Below are positions 26,679 to 32,000 of a DNA stretch of 32,000 bases, one piece after another. Made by a program: the position numbers and the translations under genes. Positions within the stretch are counted from its first letter, which is position 1. The number at the start of each line of letters is the position of its first letter. This DNA is from Caldicoprobacter guelmensis (GTDB lineage: Bacteria > Bacillota > Clostridia > Caldicoprobacterales > Caldicoprobacteraceae): positions 257,893 to 289,892 of the forward strand of contig NZ_JAFBDW010000004.1 of assembly GCF_016908415.1 (NCBI RefSeq), written 5' to 3'. The notes under the pieces are model-generated. The model did not search any database, was not told where the DNA came from, and saw only the letters and a program-made list of their open reading frames with translations.

Positions 26679-28158
26679 GACTTTTTTTTTAAGCCTTCGA
26701 TGGCAGATAGTGATCACTTATTTGGTAATAATTTTAATAGGATTTACCTTTATCGGCGTATCTGTTTTGGATATTATAGGGAAATATATGATCGATAATA
26801 AGAAGAATGCTTTTAGGCTGTATGCTAACTGGGTTGCTCAGGCTGTTGCTTATGATTATGCCAGCGGTGATCCCGACATTCTTGCTAGCATAGTGTATGA
26901 CCTTCAGGCTTTGGGAGAGGAGATCTTCAACAAAGAGCTGGAAGCCACCCGGATACTTATATTAAACAAGCATGGGGTGGTTGACTACGATTCCTATAAC
27001 ATAGTGAGAGGGTCTGACAGCCTTTTAAAACAGGACTTAAGTGAGGTTTTCCCTGAAATTAATGCCGTGCTGGCGGGGGAGAGGGTGGAGCCTAAAGAGC
27101 TGTATATAAGGCCAGAGGGGTCACGTGAGCCAAAGCTGGTGCTGTATACTTATGCTCCGATTCAACATGAGAAACAAGGTATAATTGGTATGGTAATTAT
27201 CTCTACTTCGCTGTCTAGGATTGAGCACATGTTGGCCGAGGTAAAAACCAGGGTGAGCGCATATCTAATCATTATTAGCGCTATTATTATCACGGCCAGC
27301 TATATAATATCCGGATTTATCACACAACCTATCAAAGAATTGACTAATGTCATCAAGAAGATGAGTCAGGGATATTTAGATCAGCGTGTGAAGATACGAG
27401 GGAGCAAGGAGTTAAGGCAGTTGGCCGAAGCGTTCAATATCATGAGTGAAAAGCTTGAAAATCTTGATAAGGCACGTAACGAATTTGTTTCAAACGCTTC
27501 TCATGAGCTTAAAACACCTTTGAGTGCTATTAAGGTATTGACGGAATCCCTCCTTCATATGGATGTTGATGACCCTTCTATTTATAGAGAATTTTTGGAG
27601 GATATAAATTCGGAAATAGATAGGTTGAATGCGATTATAAACGACTTGTTGACGTTGGTAAAAATAGATACTGAGGGCGAACAGTTAAAACAGGAACCAG
27701 TGGACCTGGTAGAACTGGTTGACAGCACTGTAAAAGGTTTGCAGATTTTGGCTCACCATAAAAACATACGGCTGGAGACTTTTTATGATGACCACTTGAC
27801 GGTGTATGGTGACGCAGTGAAGTTGCGTCAAGTGGTAAGTAACATTGTAGATAATGCAATTAAATATACTCCTGAGGGCGGTAGAGTAACCGTTGAGGTT
27901 TATAAAGGAGTAGAAAATGCTGTAATAAAGGTGAGCGATACAGGTATTGGCATACCAGCTAAAGACTTGCCACATATATTTGAGAGGTTTTACAGGGTGG
28001 ACAAGGCAAGGTCTAGAGCTACAGGTGGCACAGGTTTGGGACTCTCTATAGCGCAGAAGATTGTATTGCAACATGGTGGAAATATACGAGTGGTGAGCGA
28101 GGAAGGGAAGGGCAGTACTTTTTATGTAGAACTGCCGCTTAAAAGTGAAAAGCAATGA
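26665..28158 (+). CDS. sensor histidine kinase (2 TM, about 160 aa extracytoplasmic loop, HAMP, HisKA, HATPase_c)
   Basis: 497 aa; TTG start overlaps the RR stop by 14 nt; H-box FVSNASHELKTPLSAI, N-box VDNAIKYTP, G-boxes DTGIGI and GGTGLGLSI. Confidence 0.95.
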   Translation: MLTNRTFFLSLRWQIVITYLVIILIGFTFIGVSVLDIIGKYMIDNKKNAFRLYANWVAQAVAYDYASGDPDILASIVYDLQALGEEIFNKELEATRILILNKHGVVDYDSYNIVRGSDSLLKQDLSEVFPEINAVLAGERVEPKELYIRPEGSREPKLVLYTYAPIQHEKQGIIGMVIISTSLSRIEHMLAEVKTRVSAYLIIISAIIITASYIISGFITQPIKELTNVIKKMSQGYLDQRVKIRGSKELRQLAEAFNIMSEKLENLDKARNEFVSNASHELKTPLSAIKVLTESLLHMDVDDPSIYREFLEDINSEIDRLNAIINDLLTLVKIDTEGEQLKQEPVDLVELVDSTVKGLQILAHHKNIRLETFYDDHLTVYGDAVKLRQVVSNIVDNAIKYTPEGGRVTVEVYKGVENAVIKVSDTGIGIPAKDLPHIFERFYRVDKARSRATGGTGLGLSIAQKIVLQHGGNIRVVSEEGKGSTFYVELPLKSEKQ

Positions 28159-28247
28159 GAAGTTGTTATTTTGTTAGAGTTATTTAAATTTTTTGTAAAA
28201 ATAATTTGTTATAATAAAAACGATAACGGTGGAGAAGGGATAGGGAA

Positions 28248-29258
28248 ATGCAGGCTTTAAAGCGTTTTTCAATATTGGCGTTGATTTTGGCTATAATTGC
28301 TATCCTTACAGGGTGTAATGCTCTTTTTGACAGGATAATATTTTTTAACAGGAGAAGCAATTTGGGGGGTAAACAGCAGCAGAAGTATATAAACCCTGAG
28401 CCTCCAATCAGCCAGGTCAATGTGACTCTGTATTTCAAGCACTATCTGGCCGATTATTTGGTGCCTGAAAAAAGGGTAGCGCAAAAGGGGAGTCAGTCGC
28501 TTGAGTACGTGGTAGTATCTGAGCTATTAAAAGGGCCAACAAAATTTGAACGAGTAGCTATAATGCCTCCTAACGTCAAGGTGCTGGATGTTACCCGTAA
28601 CGGCGATACGGTATTTGTAAATTTAAGCGAGGAGTTTAAGGGTAATATTGACCTTGCCGCGGTGCGAAAAAATAACGTGCCGGAAGAGCAAAAAGCAAAT
28701 GTATTGGCTCAGATGAAGAGGCTGTGCATTTATTCTATTGTAAATTCGTTGACGGAACTAGATGGAGTAAACAGGGTGAAAATTTTAGTCAATAACCGGG
28801 CGCTTAGCTATGAGGAAATTGGTGCTGAACTTATAGCCTCACAGACGGTAAATGTTGACAAGGGTAACCCTGTTATGGCCCTTACGCGTAACAAGAATTT
28901 TATTCTAAGCCCCTCTGAGACGGTAAGGCAAATTTTTAATTCTCTTGCAGGGGAACCAGATTGGGAAAGAATCGATGCTTTCTTGGCACGAAAGAATGCT
29001 GATGGGAGTGAACGCCCACCTATAGAGGAGATACAAAAGGTATATTCGGCTTATATTGCAGGGGTAGAGTTTGACAGTAACAATTTTATAATGAGCGAGG
29101 AGATTAAACCGGACGGGGAGGCTTTTGTTACGCTAACATATGCAATTAAGTATGTCAATGGCAAAAAGGAAAGCCGTGACAGCGATGTGTTGAGGGTGGT
29201 AAATGAGGAGGGAATTTGGAAGGTAAGGCTGCCGGGGTTTTTTGCTAATGTTCAATAA
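28248..29258 (+). CDS. GerMN-domain lipoprotein with an additional C-terminal domain of unknown function
   Basis: 336 aa; lipobox LTGC; GerMN pattern (VTLYFKHY...LVPEKRV...VVVSELLKGPT...VLDVTRNGDTVFVNLSEEF...SIVNSLTELDGVNRVKILVNN); about 140 aa C-terminal domain not recognised. Confidence 0.8.
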   Translation: MQALKRFSILALILAIIAILTGCNALFDRIIFFNRRSNLGGKQQQKYINPEPPISQVNVTLYFKHYLADYLVPEKRVAQKGSQSLEYVVVSELLKGPTKFERVAIMPPNVKVLDVTRNGDTVFVNLSEEFKGNIDLAAVRKNNVPEEQKANVLAQMKRLCIYSIVNSLTELDGVNRVKILVNNRALSYEEIGAELIASQTVNVDKGNPVMALTRNKNFILSPSETVRQIFNSLAGEPDWERIDAFLARKNADGSERPPIEEIQKVYSAYIAGVEFDSNNFIMSEEIKPDGEAFVTLTYAIKYVNGKKESRDSDVLRVVNEEGIWKVRLPGFFANVQ

Positions 29259-29480
29259 TTGTGTTGTAGAGGGAGAAGTCATTTAAATAGAGTGGAGAAT
29301 CTAAAGAAGATTGAAAGTGATGCTAGTATAAAATTGGTTATATTTTGAGAATGTGACTAAGAATTAGTAAAAGTCTCATCAGGTGTTGGTTGTGAATAAA
29401 TAACATGTAAGGATGGTGATGTAATTTAGTAGACAACGGAGAATGGTCAACAGGCTGACGACAAAGGAGGGATCGTAAAG

Positions 29481-31007
29481 GTGTATAGGTGCATTCGGGT
29501 AATTGCCCTAACGATTGCGTCTGCAGTTATGGTTATGATGTTTGCCTCCTGTAGCGCAACACCGAGAAGTAGGGTGGAGGAAAAGATGGAAACACAGCAA
29601 AGTAGGGGGGAATCAACTCAAAGCCATCTATTTAAAAGTTTAAAAGATTCTGAGAAAAGTGAGAATTTGTATGTATTAGAAGACAATGACGCCTATCCTG
29701 TTGATATGGTGTTGTATTTTTATAATCCTGATACCGATCAGTTAGAACCTGAAAGACGAACTATTAACATTAGGGATACCGATCGAATTTTGGATGAGGT
29801 TATAAGGCAATTTTTGAAAGGGCCAAAGGTTAAAACGCTTAAACCTGTTGTATCTCCTAACGTGGAGTTACAAAAAGTAGAACAGTATGGGGAAGTGGTA
29901 AGCGTATACTTGTCAAAGGAGTTTTTGGAAAGCGAAGATATATCTGTTGCCAGGGCTGCGCTGGTAAACACCATATTGGAGACGCAAGGAGCAAAGTATG
30001 TGAAGATATACGTGGAAGGGCGGGAACTCACTCATAATGGTAAGGATGATGGACAGATTTTGGGGCTTTTGGAGAAATACCCAAATGATGTAGAGCAAAT
30101 TAGATTGGAAGAGCAGAAACTCATTTCGCAAGGCGATGTGAGATATATTAAAAGGGAAATATATTTTCAGGATGGTAAGAAGAGATTTTTAGTTCCAGAA
30201 ATAAGGGATATTCCCGTCAGTCAAGGGAAATACGTTGAGGCCATCGTGGGTGAATTAATAAAGGGACCAGTAAACGTAGATTGGGGGCTGTATCCTACTA
30301 TACCCAATGGAACGCAGCTTATGAGCGTTAAGTTTGTTGAGGATGGAGACTCATCAAAAGGAGTTGAACTGTATTTTTCAAAAGAATTTAAATCATCTTT
30401 TAACAGGGAAATCAACTCTGAAACCTTGATGGTGGGTTCCCTCGTTTATAGCTTAGTAGGTTTACCTGGCGTGGACTGGATAAGGGTATATTACCAGAAT
30501 GAAAATGGCGAATACGTGGGCATGCCTGTGGTATCCATGGGTTTAAATGTAAGGTTTGACAAGGACAGCTTGCCTTTTAGGCTGGGTAGAAGGATCAAGG
30601 TGTATTTCAGCGATAAAGATGCGATGAACCTAGTTCCGGAGTATAGGATTATAAGTAATGATTCTAAAGATGTAGTAAATGAGATATTAAATGAGCTGAT
30701 TGAGGGTCCTTGTCAAGAAAAGCACGCGGCAGTCATTCCGCCTAATATTTCAGTGGGCGATATTAAGGCGTATGTAAGCGGAAAAACCGCTTTTGTGAAT
30801 CTACCATCAAAGTTTAATGCTTCAGGGCTTGGGAGCACGGGTGAGATTATGGCCCTTTACGCCATCGTAAACTCTCTCACTGATCCTGTTAACACCGATA
30901 ACGTCAAGCAGATTCAATTTTTGGTAAACGGAAAAATAACTAATGAGTTTGGGCATATGTCGCTGGCTGATCCCTTTGTGCGAAATCCTGAGTTGATAAA
31001 GGAGTAA
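29481..31007 (+). CDS. lipoprotein with three tandem GerMN domains (GerM-like)
   Basis: 508 aa; GTG start 9 nt after AGGAGGG; lipobox FASC. Three repeats of the GerMN pattern begin near VDMVLYFYNPDTDQLEPERR, REIYFQDGKKRFLVPEIRD and IKVYFSDKDAMNLVPEYRI, each followed by an L(K/I)(K/E)GP motif and an (L/F/P)SKEF/SKF motif. Confidence 0.8.
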   Translation: MYRCIRVIALTIASAVMVMMFASCSATPRSRVEEKMETQQSRGESTQSHLFKSLKDSEKSENLYVLEDNDAYPVDMVLYFYNPDTDQLEPERRTINIRDTDRILDEVIRQFLKGPKVKTLKPVVSPNVELQKVEQYGEVVSVYLSKEFLESEDISVARAALVNTILETQGAKYVKIYVEGRELTHNGKDDGQILGLLEKYPNDVEQIRLEEQKLISQGDVRYIKREIYFQDGKKRFLVPEIRDIPVSQGKYVEAIVGELIKGPVNVDWGLYPTIPNGTQLMSVKFVEDGDSSKGVELYFSKEFKSSFNREINSETLMVGSLVYSLVGLPGVDWIRVYYQNENGEYVGMPVVSMGLNVRFDKDSLPFRLGRRIKVYFSDKDAMNLVPEYRIISNDSKDVVNEILNELIEGPCQEKHAAVIPPNISVGDIKAYVSGKTAFVNLPSKFNASGLGSTGEIMALYAIVNSLTDPVNTDNVKQIQFLVNGKITNEFGHMSLADPFVRNPELIKE

Positions 31008-31231
31008 TAAGAAGCGCTGTGTCTAAGGGGGTTTGGATGTTGAGTGGATCGTAAAAATTCAGAGGAAAAGCGATTAGTTGAATTGAGAGTGTAAGAAAAG
31101 ATAATTTTACTCTTGTTCTGCAAAAATAAAAGCGGAATTGGTAGAGTTACCAAAAATTAAATATGGCATAATTACTAAACCTGTGGTAAATTGATTTATC
31201 ATAAAAAAACAATCACAGGGGGTTAGTAACT

Positions 31232-32000
31232 ATGCCAACAACCATTGTAAATCATGATAACGAATTAGTTGCCTTTTTGCAAGATGTAAATTATGGAATG
31301 AACAAAGCACAATTTAATCATTTAATTACAATGGTGGAAGGCAGCATCCAGATTGAAGGCAAACTATCGATATCCAAAATAGCAGAGAATGTTGTGACTT
31401 CTAAGGATAAGAGCTGTATTTACAGGTTTTTGAGTAAATTCCCCTGGGATGATAAACAATTGAACAGAAACCGTATAAGCTTTCTTAGTTATCATCTAGA
31501 ACACAACATAAGACCAGGTGAGGTTGGTTTTCTGGTTATTGATGATACTACCAACTTGAAAGATATAAGAACTAAACATATGGAAGGATTAGATTTTCAT
31601 TACTCCCATACAGAAGACAAGACTTGCTGGTCTCATTGTGTAGTGACCTCAAATTTTGTAGCTGGACCATATGCTATGCCCTTTCATTTCAAACCTTATT
31701 ATAGGGAGGAGAAGTGCAAGGAGCTAGGGATTAAATTTGAGAGCAAAGTAGATATTGCCAAAGGATTTATAAAGGAATTTCATACTCCCTCAAATATTAG
31801 ACAGCTATATGTTTTAACTGATAGCTGGTATACAAGTACCTCGCTAGTTGAAGAAGCTTTAAGTAAAGGGTATCATGTTATTGGGTGCGTTAAACCCAAT
31901 AAGACGATATCTCCTTGCGGAGTCAAGATTAAGATTTCTCAGTTTATGAAGTACATTGAGCCATCTACCCTTGACCTAGTTACCGTTGAGGGTAAGGAGT
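31232..32000 (+). CDS. DDE transposase, IS4/IS701 superfamily, 5' partial (continues beyond the window)
   Basis: ATG 31232 lies 8 nt after CAGGGGG. My hand translation gives 256 codons with no stop to the window edge. The ORF is not in the supplied track because it has no stop in the window. Contains GFLVIDDTT (first D) and YVLTDSWYTS (second D) motifs typical of IS701/IS4-type transposases. Confidence 0.8.
   Translation, partial: MPTTIVNHDNELVAFLQDVNYGMNKAQFNHLITMVEGSIQIEGKLSISKIAENVVTSKDKSCIYRFLSKFPWDDKQLNRNRISFLSYHLEHNIRPGEVGFLVIDDTTNLKDIRTKHMEGLDFHYSHTEDKTCWSHCVVTSNFVAGPYAMPFHFKPYYREEKCKELGIKFESKVDIAKGFIKEFHTPSNIRQLYVLTDSWYTSTSLVEEALSKGYHVIGCVKPNKTISPCGVKIKISQFMKYIEPSTLDLVTVEGKE
31232..32000 (+). 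mobile_element. insertion sequence, left part only
   Basis: Transposase ORF as above. The left terminal inverted repeat must lie somewhere in 31008-31231 but cannot be placed without the right end. Confidence 0.6.

Overview
This 32 kb window looks like a mostly housekeeping chromosomal segment from an endospore-forming Firmicute (Clostridia-like gene content, moderate GC). Almost all genes are on the + strand. In order, they are:
- a polar amino-acid ABC transporter (lipoprotein binding protein, permease, ATPase)
- a small membrane protein and a convergent Spo0E-like phosphatase
- long-form hpf and a polytopic membrane protein
- secA and prfB, the latter with its classical programmed +1 frameshift (missed by the ORF track)
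- an orphan cheW and a Tyr/Asn/Asp-rich ferritin-like protein (minus strand)
- a Ddl-like ATP-grasp ligase plus a short lysine-2,3-aminomutase-family radical SAM enzyme
- tRNA-Pro(GGG) (minus strand)
- rplU-prp-rpmA, then a leaderless Cu/Zn superoxide dismutase, then obg and a small Cys-rich ORF
- a minus-strand membrane protein with a degenerate restriction-endonuclease-like core
- nadD-yqeK-rsfS-leuS
- a stand-alone ATP-cone protein and a DD-carboxypeptidase (both minus strand)
- comEA
- an OmpR-type response regulator and histidine kinase, followed by two GerMN-domain lipoproteins
- the 5' part of an IS4/IS701-type DDE transposase, which runs off the window and is also absent from the ORF track

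I found no rRNA, CRISPR array, prophage or recognisable defence island. No clear-cut novel multi-gene system is visible. The best candidates for a second look are:
1. The ATP-grasp plus short KamA two-gene cassette. It lacks all the usual beta-lysine pathway partners.
2. A roughly 150 bp dispersed intergenic repeat. Two direct copies, plus a tandem partial copy, bracket the cheW / ferritin-like / ATP-grasp / KamA block next to tRNA-Pro.
3. The RR-HK-GerMN lipoprotein arrangement, which mirrors actinobacterial mtrA-mtrB-lpqB.
4. Several single-gene oddities inserted into otherwise conserved housekeeping clusters.

All coordinates of hairpins, promoters and corrected starts were derived by hand from the sequence and should be treated as approximate.
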